This document shows, piece by piece, positions 16,663 to 26,405 of a stretch of 49,663 nt of DNA (within the stretch, counting starts at the first letter, position 1; every line of letters begins with the position of its first letter). The stretch comes from Rhodoferax sp. (GTDB lineage Bacteria; Pseudomonadota; Gammaproteobacteria; Burkholderiales; Burkholderiaceae_C). Location: the NCBI GenBank assembly GCA_049301075.1, contig JBAQKO010000064.1:1-49663 (forward strand), given 5' to 3'. The notes under the pieces were generated by a model. It was not told the DNA's origin. It saw nothing but the letters and a program-made list of their open reading frames with translations, and did no database searches. The translations under genes were made by a program, and so were the position numbers.

Positions 16663-18554
16663 TGAATATCAGGATTGGAAACTTCGAAGTCGGTGGTAAG
16701 CGCAGTTTTATCATCGCCGAGATCGGCAACAACCACAATGGCAGCTTCGATCGGGCTGTCCAAATGGTGGATCTCGCTATTGAAATGGGCGTCGACTGCG
16801 CCAAATTCCAGATGCGCCACTTGGATGAGGTGTATCGGCAGCGCACCCTGCGCAAGGATGGCGAGGACCTAGGGACGGAGTACGTGCTCGACCTGCTGCG
16901 CCGATTCGAACTCTCGCTTGACGAGCACAAGAGGATTGCGCAGCATTGCGCGCAAAAGGGCATTCTTTACCTCTGCACGCCTTGGGATGGTCGAAGTGTC
17001 GATGCGCTTGCTGCAATGGGGGTCTCGGCCTACAAGGTCGCATCAGCAGACCTGACCAACTTGCCGCTCCTGGATAAGCTTTGCTTGACTGGTAAGCCTC
17101 TGATCTTGTCAACGGGCATGAGCAGCAAAGGGGAAGTGCAGGCGGCCGTAGATTTCCTCAATCGGCGCAATGCGCAGTTCGTCCTGCTCCATTGCAACAG
17201 TACGTATCCCGCTCCATTGCACGACATCCAATTGCGCTGGATGGAACAACTGCGCGGCATCCATCCGTTGGTCGGATATTCCGGACATGAACGCGGCACG
17301 GCCGTGAGCTTGGCGGCGGTTGCCTTGGGCGCCTGCGTTATCGAGCGCCATTTCACCCTTGATCGAACCATGGAAGGCCCCGACCATGCGGCAAGCCTGG
17401 AGTTTGCCGAGTTCAAGCGTTTGATTGAAGGGGTGCGGGAAATTGAAGAGGCGTTGGGCGATGGGGGAGAACGTCGAATTTCCCAAGGCGAGATGATCAA
17501 CCGGGAAAATCTTGGCAAGAGCTTGGTTACTGCCAGCAAGCTGGGCAAGGGTACTGTCATTGAACCCCGGCACATCAAGGTGCGCAGTCCTGGGCAGGGC
17601 TTGTCTCCGCTGTATTACGACCAGTTGCTCGGGCGGACCATTCAGCATGATATGGAAGAGGAGGATTTTTTCTACCCTTCCGACCTGAAGAACGAGCGCA
17701 TCGAGCCGCGAAGCTATGCTTTCCGGCGCCCGTGGGGCGTGCCAGTCCGCTACCACGACTTCAAGGATTACGCCAAGCGAATCCAGCCGGACCTGTACGA
17801 GTTTCACCTGTCCTACTCCGACATGGAGCTCAAACTGGATGATTATCTCGAGGGAACTTACCCGGTTGATTTTGTGGTGCACGCGCCCGAGTTATTCACG
17901 GGGAGCAAATTGATGGATCTGGCGTCGCCGGATCCGGTCTATCGTGCAGAGTCGGTGCGTGAAACGCAAAGGGTGATCAATATCACCCGTGATCTCAAGC
18001 GCTTTTTCCCGAAAACGAAGCGCCCCATGATTGTGGCCAACATCGGCGGGTTCACCATGGATGCGCCGTTGCCGGCGGCCGTCATCCCCGAATACTACGA
18101 ACGTTTTGCGCAAAGCCTGTCCGAGTTGGATCGGGACGGCGTGGAATTGATCCCGCAAACCATGGCGCCATTCCCGTGGCATTTCGGCGGGCAGCGGTAC
18201 CAGAACCTCTTTGTGAAAATTGACGAGATTGTCGAGTGGTGTCGCAAGCTGCAGTTGCGCATGTGCTTCGATATCTCCCATACGCGACTGACATGCAACC
18301 ACCTAGGCCTGGATTTTTATCGGTTCGCAGAGCAAATTGCGCCCATCACCGCCCATCTCCACCTCGGTGATGCCCTTGGGCTGAATGGAGAAGGGCTGCA
18401 AATCGGCGAGGGCGATATCGATTTTGCGCGGCTGGGGTCCATTCTGTCGGCCGGCTGCCCGCAAGCGCCCTTTATCCCTGAGATCTGGCAGGGGCACAAA
18501 AACGGGGGCGAGGGTTTCTGGATTGCGCTCGAGAAGCTTGAAGGCAGCTTGTAG
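16662..18554 (+). CDS. neuB: NeuB-family PEP-dependent ulosonate synthase with SAF domain and C-terminal xylose-isomerase-like TIM barrel
   Basis: IIAEIGNNHNG, KFQ, KVASAD, LSTGMS, HCNSTYP, GYSGHE, ERHFTLDR, GPDH, SAF (SPGQGL), then about 280 aa with CFDISH, HLHLGD, EIWQGH. Confidence 0.88.
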   Translation: MNIRIGNFEVGGKRSFIIAEIGNNHNGSFDRAVQMVDLAIEMGVDCAKFQMRHLDEVYRQRTLRKDGEDLGTEYVLDLLRRFELSLDEHKRIAQHCAQKGILYLCTPWDGRSVDALAAMGVSAYKVASADLTNLPLLDKLCLTGKPLILSTGMSSKGEVQAAVDFLNRRNAQFVLLHCNSTYPAPLHDIQLRWMEQLRGIHPLVGYSGHERGTAVSLAAVALGACVIERHFTLDRTMEGPDHAASLEFAEFKRLIEGVREIEEALGDGGERRISQGEMINRENLGKSLVTASKLGKGTVIEPRHIKVRSPGQGLSPLYYDQLLGRTIQHDMEEEDFFYPSDLKNERIEPRSYAFRRPWGVPVRYHDFKDYAKRIQPDLYEFHLSYSDMELKLDDYLEGTYPVDFVVHAPELFTGSKLMDLASPDPVYRAESVRETQRVINITRDLKRFFPKTKRPMIVANIGGFTMDAPLPAAVIPEYYERFAQSLSELDRDGVELIPQTMAPFPWHFGGQRYQNLFVKIDEIVEWCRKLQLRMCFDISHTRLTCNHLGLDFYRFAEQIAPITAHLHLGDALGLNGEGLQIGEGDIDFARLGSILSAGCPQAPFIPEIWQGHKNGGEGFWIALEKLEGSL

Positions 18555-18568
18555 GTCAAGGGAAATCA

Positions 18569-19168
18569 ATGGCAGTTGCGGACAATATAATGATTGAAAT
18601 TCGAGAGCAGATCGAGGCGTCCCTGTCGGTCAAACAGGCCTTGCTTCGTGACACGGCCTCTCTGAGCCTGCTGGAGCGGCTGGTACGCATGTGCGTCGAT
18701 TCACTGCGTCGCGGCGGAAAAGTGATTTTTGCCGGCAACGGCGGGAGCTTTGCCGATGCCCAGCACCTTTCGGCTGAATTTACCTCCCGTTTCCTGTTCG
18801 ACCGCGCGCCGTTGGCCTCGCTGGCGCTTGGTGCGAACAATTCCTCAATGAGCGCGATTGGAAATGATTACGGCTACGAACAGGTGTTTGCGCGTGAGTT
18901 GCGGGCGATTGCCAAACCGGAGGATGTGTTCATTCCCATTTCAACCAGCGGCAACAGCCCCAACGTTCTGGCTGCCGTGCAGGTTGCCAGGGAGCTCGAT
19001 ATATCGACCGTGGGGTGGACCGGGCAAAGTGGTGGCCGCTTGAGGGCGCTCTGCGATTGCCTGTGCATTCCTTCTGCTGATACGGCACGTATCCAGGAAT
19101 GCCATATCGTGGTGGGTCATATCCTGTGTGGGCTGGTGGAGAAGGAATATTTCCGGCCGGATCGCTGA
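18569..19168 (+). CDS. gmhA: Sedoheptulose-7-phosphate isomerase (SIS domain)
   Basis: GNGGSFADAQH, IGNDYGY, ISTSGNS, TARIQECH. Confidence 0.92.
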   Translation: MAVADNIMIEIREQIEASLSVKQALLRDTASLSLLERLVRMCVDSLRRGGKVIFAGNGGSFADAQHLSAEFTSRFLFDRAPLASLALGANNSSMSAIGNDYGYEQVFARELRAIAKPEDVFIPISTSGNSPNVLAAVQVARELDISTVGWTGQSGGRLRALCDCLCIPSADTARIQECHIVVGHILCGLVEKEYFRPDR

Positions 19169-19262
19169 AGCGTTGCCGTGTGCCCGCTCTCGTCACGCAT
19201 CAGTGACTCACCGATACCGGCTTCCGATTGAATAATGATTGATGTAATAGAGGCCATGGGCG

Positions 19263-20429
19263 ATGAACAGTAAGAACCCGCTGAACGTGATTCACCTTGC
19301 AAATTTCAACAGCACCAATGTCGGCAACGGTGCGCTCGTCAGCGGGCTCGAATCGACCATCGATGAAGACTTCCCCTGTCCCGTGCGCTGGCAACGGGAG
19401 GCCTGGGACGACTATACCTTTCGACTTCTCGATTTTGACCAGGCCTTCGTCGACAAGGTCAACCAGTCGGACGGATTGATTGTTGGCGGCGCTGTCACCT
19501 TCAATGGACGGGACTACAACGACCGCACCGGAACCCGCTTTGAATTGCCGTTTGAGTTATGGCCGAAGCTGAAGAAGCCGGTTGTCTTTTACGGCCTTAG
19601 CTATCGCCACTGGCCCGGGCAGACTTATCACCACGTTGACAAGCTCAAGGCAACGGTCGAGAGAATTCTTTCCACGAAAAACATGCTCTTGACCCTCAGG
19701 AATGACGGAACAAGGCAGTGGCTCAGGGAACTGACCGGAATCGACAATGAGGACATACTGGAAATCCCCGATTCGGCCGTCTTTGTCCGGGCGGCGGATG
19801 GGGACTACCCCGAGATCGAGCCGGGTGCGCGGAACATCATGATCTCGTTCAACGACGAGGATTCGAGCCATCGCTACGATGAAAAATTCTCGGTTGATGG
19901 GCGCAGCAACCGGTCGCGCACCCATGTGGTCGATTCACTCGTTGCCGCTCTGGAGAGGCTGTCGGAACGATATCCGGTGAATCTCATCCTGTGCCCCCAT
20001 TATTTCGATGACTTCCGCATGATGAGCACGTTCATCGAGCGCATCCGCCCCCGCCTCGCGCACCAGAGGATGGTGGCCACCGGTCTTGTCCGCGCCGCCC
20101 ATACCGCCTATTTTTATGGGCGCTACAAAAAGGCGGACCTGGCGATCAGCATGCGCGTGCACTCCATGTCGCCTTGCATCGGCTTGGGGACGCCTATGGT
20201 GCCCTTCACGACCCAGGATCGGATGACCGACTTCATTGGTCGAATCGGCTTGAACGATCAGGCGGTTGATGCATTCGATATTGCCGCGGCGGACAAGCTT
20301 TATGAAAGGGCGGCCTACGCACTCGATAACGGGGGGGCGGTAAGGAAAGAATTTTTGCGTGCCCGGGAAACCATGAGAGCCCAGACGAGAGACTTTCACC
20401 TCAAGTTGTCTGAGTTCCTGACCGGCTGA
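19263..20429 (+). CDS. Polysaccharide pyruvyl transferase family protein
   Basis: NVGN near the N-terminus, IVGGA, TLRND, PDSA, ISMRVHS...GTP pattern. Confidence 0.75.
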   Translation: MNSKNPLNVIHLANFNSTNVGNGALVSGLESTIDEDFPCPVRWQREAWDDYTFRLLDFDQAFVDKVNQSDGLIVGGAVTFNGRDYNDRTGTRFELPFELWPKLKKPVVFYGLSYRHWPGQTYHHVDKLKATVERILSTKNMLLTLRNDGTRQWLRELTGIDNEDILEIPDSAVFVRAADGDYPEIEPGARNIMISFNDEDSSHRYDEKFSVDGRSNRSRTHVVDSLVAALERLSERYPVNLILCPHYFDDFRMMSTFIERIRPRLAHQRMVATGLVRAAHTAYFYGRYKKADLAISMRVHSMSPCIGLGTPMVPFTTQDRMTDFIGRIGLNDQAVDAFDIAAADKLYERAAYALDNGGAVRKEFLRARETMRAQTRDFHLKLSEFLTG

Positions 20430-20461
20430 GCGGTACCATCACGAAATCCGGAGTGGAAAAT

Positions 20462-21235
20462 ATGTCCCAAGGAACGCTGGGCGAAGTGCTGGCCCTGATT
20501 CCCGCCCGCGGCGGCTCCAAATCCGTGCCGCGCAAGAACATCATCCCCTTGCTCGGCAAGCCCATGATTGCCTGGGCGATCGAGCATGCGCTGGCGGCGA
20601 AACACATCACTCGCGTCATCGTCACTACGGACGACGAGGAGATCGCCAGGGTGGCCAAGGAGTATGGCGCGGAAGTTCCATTTTTGCGCCCGGCGGAGAT
20701 ATCCGGTGATTTTGCGGTCGATGTCGAGTTCCACCAGCACGCCCTCAAATGGTTGAAGGACCACGAAAACTATGTTCCTGACATGGTGATCAATCTGCGT
20801 CCCACGCCACCGTCCAGGTCGCCGGCCGTCATCGACAAGGCCATTGAGGTCTTTGCCTCCCGCCCGGATATCGACTCATTGCGCTCGGTCCATCTGGCCT
20901 CCGAGTCCCCGTTCAAAATGTGGACCATTGATGCGCGGGGATACATGCAGCCCGTCGCCACCCTGCCCGATGTGAAGGAGCCGTATAACCAGCCAAGGCA
21001 GAAACTCCCACTGGTGTACTGGCAGGACGGGTACATCGACATCACGCGCCCAAACGTCATTCTCGAAATGAATTCGACGACTGGAAATATCATTCTGCCG
21101 TTCCTCATCGATGAACCAGCCGCGGACGTGGATTATCCGGACGAAGTAGGGCTGGCGGAAGCGCAATTGCGCGAACGGCAGAAATCAGGTGTGTCTGTCG
21201 TTCAAGATGCACCGGCAGTGAGACATCCATCGTGA
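20462..21235 (+). CDS. Acylneuraminate (ulosonate) cytidylyltransferase, NeuA family, copy 1
   Basis: IPARGGSKSVPRKN, VTTDDEEI, FLRPAE, LRPTPP, QPRQKLP; alternative GTG 20453. Confidence 0.9.
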   Translation: MSQGTLGEVLALIPARGGSKSVPRKNIIPLLGKPMIAWAIEHALAAKHITRVIVTTDDEEIARVAKEYGAEVPFLRPAEISGDFAVDVEFHQHALKWLKDHENYVPDMVINLRPTPPSRSPAVIDKAIEVFASRPDIDSLRSVHLASESPFKMWTIDARGYMQPVATLPDVKEPYNQPRQKLPLVYWQDGYIDITRPNVILEMNSTTGNIILPFLIDEPAADVDYPDEVGLAEAQLRERQKSGVSVVQDAPAVRHPS

Positions 21236-22272
21236 AAAAATTCCTGATTTGCGGACTCGGCTCGATTGGTCAGCGCCATGTTCGGATGATTGAATCCGTG
21301 ACTAACGGCAAGGCGGAGATTGCGGCCTATCGCTCGCGCAGACTTGACATCGTGATCTCTGACAAGCTGGAGGCGACATTTGACAGCAAGCCGGAAGAGC
21401 ACTACGCACTGCGCTGTTTCTACAGCATGGAGGGGGCGTTGGCTTGGCAGCCCGATGCTGTTTTCGTCACCAATCCGATTTCGATGCATGTTGCCACGGC
21501 GCTGGCTGCCGCTGGGGCGGGGTGCCACGTTTTCATAGAGAAGCCGTTGAGCCACAGCGACGCGGATGTTGCCGCACTGATGAAGCTTGTGCAGGATAAG
21601 CAACTGACTTGCATGATTGGCTACCAGCAGCGCTACCACCCCGGTTACATCAAGATCAGAGAGTTGATTGGAAACGGCTTACTGGGTTGTCTCACCTCGG
21701 CGGACCTGCATTTTGGAGAATGGCTGCCAGGGATGCATCCCTACGAAGATTACCGGGAGAGTCATGCCGCGCGCAAAGAGCAGGGCGGCGGGGTGATTCT
21801 TTGCCTGAGCCATGAAATCGACATGGCTTACTGGTTGTTCGGGAGGCCACACAAGGTGTCTGCCATGGGGGGGCATCTTTCCGATCTGGAACTGAATGTC
21901 GAGGATACCGCGGACATTCTCCTGTCCTGCCAGCACGCCGGCCGAGATTTTCCTGTGCACATTCATCTGGATTTCCTGCAAAAGCCGGCGAAACGCTATA
22001 TCCACGTCGTTGGGGACAAAGGTTCTGCGATATTCGATTACCGCGCCAACCGACTGGAAATCCATCTCCTGTCGGCCGCTGAACCCGAGGTCATCCTGTT
22101 CGATCAATTTCAGCGAAACGATATGTTCCTTCAAGAAGTCCGGGACTTCATCGCGAGTGCGCAAAATGGCGTCAAGCCGCCCATCCCGCTTGAGGAAGGC
22201 GTGGCTGTGCTGGAGATTTGTCTTGCAGCGAAAAGGTCACTTGAATCAGGAAAGACAGAGGAATTATCGTGA
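21232..22272 (+). CDS. Gfo/Idh/MocA family oxidoreductase, copy 1
   Basis: GLGSIGQRH, FIEKP, GGGVILCLSHEID. Confidence 0.88.
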   Translation: MKKFLICGLGSIGQRHVRMIESVTNGKAEIAAYRSRRLDIVISDKLEATFDSKPEEHYALRCFYSMEGALAWQPDAVFVTNPISMHVATALAAAGAGCHVFIEKPLSHSDADVAALMKLVQDKQLTCMIGYQQRYHPGYIKIRELIGNGLLGCLTSADLHFGEWLPGMHPYEDYRESHAARKEQGGGVILCLSHEIDMAYWLFGRPHKVSAMGGHLSDLELNVEDTADILLSCQHAGRDFPVHIHLDFLQKPAKRYIHVVGDKGSAIFDYRANRLEIHLLSAAEPEVILFDQFQRNDMFLQEVRDFIASAQNGVKPPIPLEEGVAVLEICLAAKRSLESGKTEELS

Positions 22273-23105
22273 ACGAAAAAATGGTCAATCGATTTTCGCT
22301 CGAGGGCCGAGTGATCGTCATCACTGGCGGTGCCGGACTGCTTGGCAGGAAGCATGCAGAAGCGGTGGCAGAGGCGGGTGGCATACCGGTGCTGCTGGAT
22401 ATCAACCAGGCCTCCCTTGAAACAGTCGTGGGCAAGCTTGAGGCGGACTACGGAATCAAGACGCTTGGTTTGGTCTGCAATATCGCGGACAAGCAAGAAA
22501 TCATTGCCTGCCTGGGAAAAATCACACAAACGTTCGGTCGCCTGGACGGGCTGGTGAATAACGCGGCCAACGATCCGAAGGTCGGGCCTGGCGCCGATGC
22601 CAAAAAGCTGACCCGTTTCGAAAATCTGACGGAAGACTATTGGAATGCTGACGTCTCGGTGGGTTTGACCGGTGCCTTTCTTTGTTCCCAGGTGTTCGGG
22701 CACTACCTGGCTACGCATGGCGGCGGCGTTATCGTCAATGTGGCCTCCGACCTCGCCGTCATCGCACCAGATCAACGCATTTATCGCCAGCCTGATCTGC
22801 CGCCCGAGAGCCAGCCGGTGAAGCCGGTGACATACTCCGTGGTGAAGGCAGGCTTGGTCGGACTGACCAAATACCTGGCGACTTACTGGGCGGAGAATGG
22901 GGTCAGGGTCAACGCAATCTCACCCGGAGGTGTATTCAACGGCCAAAATGAGGAATTCGTGGAAAAACTGGCCTATCGCATCCCGATGGGCCGAATGGCG
23001 GCGCAAGATGAGTACAAGGCCTCGATGGTCTATTTGCTATCTGATGCTTCCAGTTATGTCACGGGCTTCAATCTGGTGGTCGATGGCGGTAGAACCTGTT
23101 GGTAA
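22269..23105 (+). CDS. Short-chain dehydrogenase/reductase (PtmA-like), copy 1
   Basis: TGGAGLLG, NNAA, YSVVK (YxxxK), RVNAISPGG, VDGG. Confidence 0.88.
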   Translation: MNEKMVNRFSLEGRVIVITGGAGLLGRKHAEAVAEAGGIPVLLDINQASLETVVGKLEADYGIKTLGLVCNIADKQEIIACLGKITQTFGRLDGLVNNAANDPKVGPGADAKKLTRFENLTEDYWNADVSVGLTGAFLCSQVFGHYLATHGGGVIVNVASDLAVIAPDQRIYRQPDLPPESQPVKPVTYSVVKAGLVGLTKYLATYWAENGVRVNAISPGGVFNGQNEEFVEKLAYRIPMGRMAAQDEYKASMVYLLSDASSYVTGFNLVVDGGRTCW

Positions 23106-23150
23106 TGAACGCCTGGGTTGATAGTTGAACCATCAAACTTCAGAATCATT

Positions 23151-23948
23151 ATGAAAAACGATCGCCATATTCAGGATATTGCCGAGCTTGGCTATTTCAT
23201 CGTCCGGAATGGATTTTCCCAAAAGGATATCCAGGACATGCGGACGCGGCTGGAAGACATCGTTCGCGGGAAGTTCGCCAAGGCCGGCCGGCGTTTTCAG
23301 GCGGATACCGAGTCCGGCAGGTATGAAGATGTGCAAAAATCGGAAATGGGCTATCGCGGTCCGGATGTGGCGTATCGGAAAATCGCGGACCTGGAATACG
23401 ACGATGTTTTTCTGGAAAAGCTGCAAAGCCAATGGGTCAAAGACATTTGCGCCAAGTTCTTGGGCGATATGACATCCGTCATGCGTGTCACGATGATGGA
23501 CAAGCCCGCGATGGGCGGTACGCCTCTTCCTTGGCACCAGGATGTTTCGCTGGACTGGCCGACCAACGTGCAGCCTGAGCTCGCCCTTTGGTTTTCTCTG
23601 GATGAGGCTACCGAGGCATCTGGATCGCTGCAGGTGATTCCTGGTTCGCATCGGCATGGCGTGATTGGGCAGGGACATCTGCTGGCGACGGAACTGGAGA
23701 CGCAATATGCGCCCGCCAAGGATGTCGTCACGGTTGAAATGAAGCCGGGGGACTGCCTGTTTTTCCATGCCGGCTTGCTGCATCGGTCCGGCGTCAATAC
23801 ATCGAACACCCCGCGTCGGGCAATCAATGCCATTCTGATGCCTGGCCACGCCCTGCATACGGCACGGCAAAAGCCGTACCCGGTTCTGCAGGGTGAGGGC
23901 CAGTTGCGTCCGGCGGATGTGGCCGCACTGACAGAGGTTCCCTATTGA
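23151..23948 (+). CDS. PhyH-family Fe(II)/2-oxoglutarate dioxygenase
   Basis: PWHQD (HxD), WFSLD, GSLQVIPGSH, PGDCLFFH..LLHRSG, PRRA; alternative TTG 23118. Confidence 0.85.
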   Translation: MKNDRHIQDIAELGYFIVRNGFSQKDIQDMRTRLEDIVRGKFAKAGRRFQADTESGRYEDVQKSEMGYRGPDVAYRKIADLEYDDVFLEKLQSQWVKDICAKFLGDMTSVMRVTMMDKPAMGGTPLPWHQDVSLDWPTNVQPELALWFSLDEATEASGSLQVIPGSHRHGVIGQGHLLATELETQYAPAKDVVTVEMKPGDCLFFHAGLLHRSGVNTSNTPRRAINAILMPGHALHTARQKPYPVLQGEGQLRPADVAALTEVPY

Positions 23949-23997
23949 ACCGCATGCAGCCAGTCTGCAACTTGGCGCCCTAAACGAAAAATTCTGA

Positions 23998-25365
23998 ATG
24001 CTTGTTTATTTCCACATTGATGAACTGGCCCGCGATGCCGTGGTTGCTTCGGCCCTGAAGAAGGAACTGGAGAGCCGGGGCGGGCAACTGGTTTATGGCA
24101 ACCGCTTTACGACGGACCATGTGCTGCGGCACTGGAACATCTTTGACGCCATCATCCTGCCATCGTTGCTCCATTTCTTTGGCGCCTTCCCGGATGCTAC
24201 GGCCTTGCCTGGTAATGTGTTTATCCTCCAGACGGAAGCGATAGGACAGGCCACCGGCACCCTCAAGCGCCTGAACGGCAAGTATTTTGGGGACGAACCC
24301 GGGAAGTATGACCCGTGGCACAAGTCGGTCTGCGGCTATCTGTTGTGGGGGGCTGCGCACCTGAACTCATTCCATGAATACCACCCCGAGTACCTGCCCA
24401 AATGCAAGGTGGTCGGGCACCCGCGCCTGTCCCGGCTCTGCCAGGGCCGGCGGCCGGAAAAGCTCGACTCGCGGCCTGTTATTGGCTTTGTATCCCGCTT
24501 CAACCTGTTGAGCCCATTTGATGCGAGGACGCCTTTTGAAAGCATTGTCAGCTCGATGCGTTTTGGCAAGAAGGCCATGCCCATCTACGAAGGCTCTCCG
24601 GACAAGGACGTGGAGGACATGTTCTACACCGAGGTCATGGACTTCCGGATCATGCTGCAGGTTATGCTGTCGCTCGACCCATCCAGATACCGCATCTCCG
24701 TCCGGCCGCATCCCCGTGAGAACCGGCTGGGCTGGCAGCGGCTGGCCCAAAAGCTCGGGCTGAACATCACCGTCTCCGATTGGGATGTGCCCTTTTCCCA
24801 CTGGCTGAGCGAGATCGACCATATCATCACGCCGCCCTCGACCAGCTTGTATGACGTTTTCTTCCAGGGCCGCCGCCCGATCGTGACCGACAAAGTGGTG
24901 CCTTCGCGGGCTGATCACATCCTGGCGCAAAGCGATGACCGGAACCAGATTCTTGAAGGCATCTGCCGCCCGGAGTCGGTCGATGAAATCATCCGGCTTC
25001 TGGACAGTGGCGACATTCCGCCGCCGCCCGAGAGCGTGCGCCAGTGCCTGCAAGAGCAGGTCGGCGCTGACATCGCAAGCCATTCCATTGCCAATATAGT
25101 GGAGGCTATTCGCGAGTTCACGGCCAGCCATTCCGCGCCGAGCCGACCGGTGGGCGCGCTGGCGGTCTGGCATGGCGTAGCGACCGCCCTGTCGGAACTC
25201 AAAGAATTCAAGGCCAGACTGCAGCGCAGGGTGGAGCAAGGCGCCAGTTTCAACCTGACGCTTCGCCGCAAGGCGTGGATTGATCGTCTGGTGGCCAAAG
25301 ACGCGGTCAGTTCGTCGATGGTTCAAATCGCCACGCAGGGAAACCATGAGAAAACAGGTCAATAA
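23998..25365 (+). CDS. Surface-carbohydrate biosynthesis protein, probable GT-B transferase
   Basis: LLWG, VVGHPR, VRPHPRE and PST motifs, typical of GT-B proteins in ulosonate loci; exact family not established. Confidence 0.6.
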   Translation: MLVYFHIDELARDAVVASALKKELESRGGQLVYGNRFTTDHVLRHWNIFDAIILPSLLHFFGAFPDATALPGNVFILQTEAIGQATGTLKRLNGKYFGDEPGKYDPWHKSVCGYLLWGAAHLNSFHEYHPEYLPKCKVVGHPRLSRLCQGRRPEKLDSRPVIGFVSRFNLLSPFDARTPFESIVSSMRFGKKAMPIYEGSPDKDVEDMFYTEVMDFRIMLQVMLSLDPSRYRISVRPHPRENRLGWQRLAQKLGLNITVSDWDVPFSHWLSEIDHIITPPSTSLYDVFFQGRRPIVTDKVVPSRADHILAQSDDRNQILEGICRPESVDEIIRLLDSGDIPPPPESVRQCLQEQVGADIASHSIANIVEAIREFTASHSAPSRPVGALAVWHGVATALSELKEFKARLQRRVEQGASFNLTLRRKAWIDRLVAKDAVSSSMVQIATQGNHEKTGQ

Positions 25366-25376
25366 AGCGATGCAAA

Positions 25377-26405
25377 GTGATGCGCCTCATGCAAGATAAA
25401 GCAAAATTTCCGAAAGTCCTTGTCACCGGGGCGGACGGTTTCATCGGCTCCCATCTGGTCGAGGCGCTGGTGCGCGCCGGCTACGAGGTGCGCGCCTTTG
25501 TGATGTACAACTCCTTCAACAGCTGGGGCTGGCTCGACCGTTGTGGTGACGATGTCAAGGGTAAGTTCGAAGTTTTTGCCGGTGATGTGCGGGACCCCAA
25601 CGGCGTGCGCGCGGCCATGAAGGGGTGCGATGCCGTGCTGCACCTGGCGGCCCTGATCGCGATCCCGTATTCATACCATTCGCCCGACACCTATGTGGAT
25701 ACCAACATCAAGGGCACGCTGAATATCGTCCAGGCAGCCCGCGATCTGGGCGTGGTGAAGGTGGTGCACACCTCCACCAGCGAAGTGTACGGAACAGCCC
25801 GTTTTGTCCCCATCACCGAAGAGCATCCCCTGCAGGGCCAGTCGCCCTACTCGGCCAGCAAGATCGGCGCGGACCAGATCGCCTTGTCGTTCTACACCTC
25901 CTTTGGCACGCCGGTGACGGTTATCAGGCCCTTCAATACCTATGGACCGCGCCAGTCTGCCCGGGCCGTCATCCCGACGATCATCACCCAGATCGCTAGC
26001 GGCAAACGGCAAATCAAGCTCGGCGCCCTCCACCCGACCCGGGACTTCAGCTACGTGGCGGACACGGTGGCCGGCTTCAGGGCGGCCCTGGCCTCGGATC
26101 GCGGTGCCGGCGAAGTGATCAACCTCGGCAGCAATTTTGAGATATCGGTTGGCGACACCGTGCGCACCATTGCGCAGGTGATGGGCGCCGAGGTCGATAT
26201 CAGCACCGATGAGCAACGCCTGCGGCCGGAAAAAAGCGAAGTCGAAAGGCTGTGGGCTTCGAATGCCAAGGCCCGGGAGATGCTGGGCTGGCAGCCTGAG
26301 TACGGTGGGCTGGAGGGTTTTCAGCGTGGGCTGCGCCAGACCGTCAACTGGTTCGCCAATCCCGATAATCTGGCCATGTACAAGTCGGACATCTACAACC
26401 TGTGA
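25377..26405 (+). CDS. legB: NAD-dependent 4,6-dehydratase LegB (GDP-GlcNAc)
   Basis: VTGADGFIGSH, YNSFNSWGWLD, LAALIAIPYSY, TSTSEVYG, PYSASK, RPFNTYGPRQSARA, RPEKSEVERL. True start may be ATG 25380 or 25389. Confidence 0.9.
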   Translation: MMRLMQDKAKFPKVLVTGADGFIGSHLVEALVRAGYEVRAFVMYNSFNSWGWLDRCGDDVKGKFEVFAGDVRDPNGVRAAMKGCDAVLHLAALIAIPYSYHSPDTYVDTNIKGTLNIVQAARDLGVVKVVHTSTSEVYGTARFVPITEEHPLQGQSPYSASKIGADQIALSFYTSFGTPVTVIRPFNTYGPRQSARAVIPTIITQIASGKRQIKLGALHPTRDFSYVADTVAGFRAALASDRGAGEVINLGSNFEISVGDTVRTIAQVMGAEVDISTDEQRLRPEKSEVERLWASNAKAREMLGWQPEYGGLEGFQRGLRQTVNWFANPDNLAMYKSDIYNL

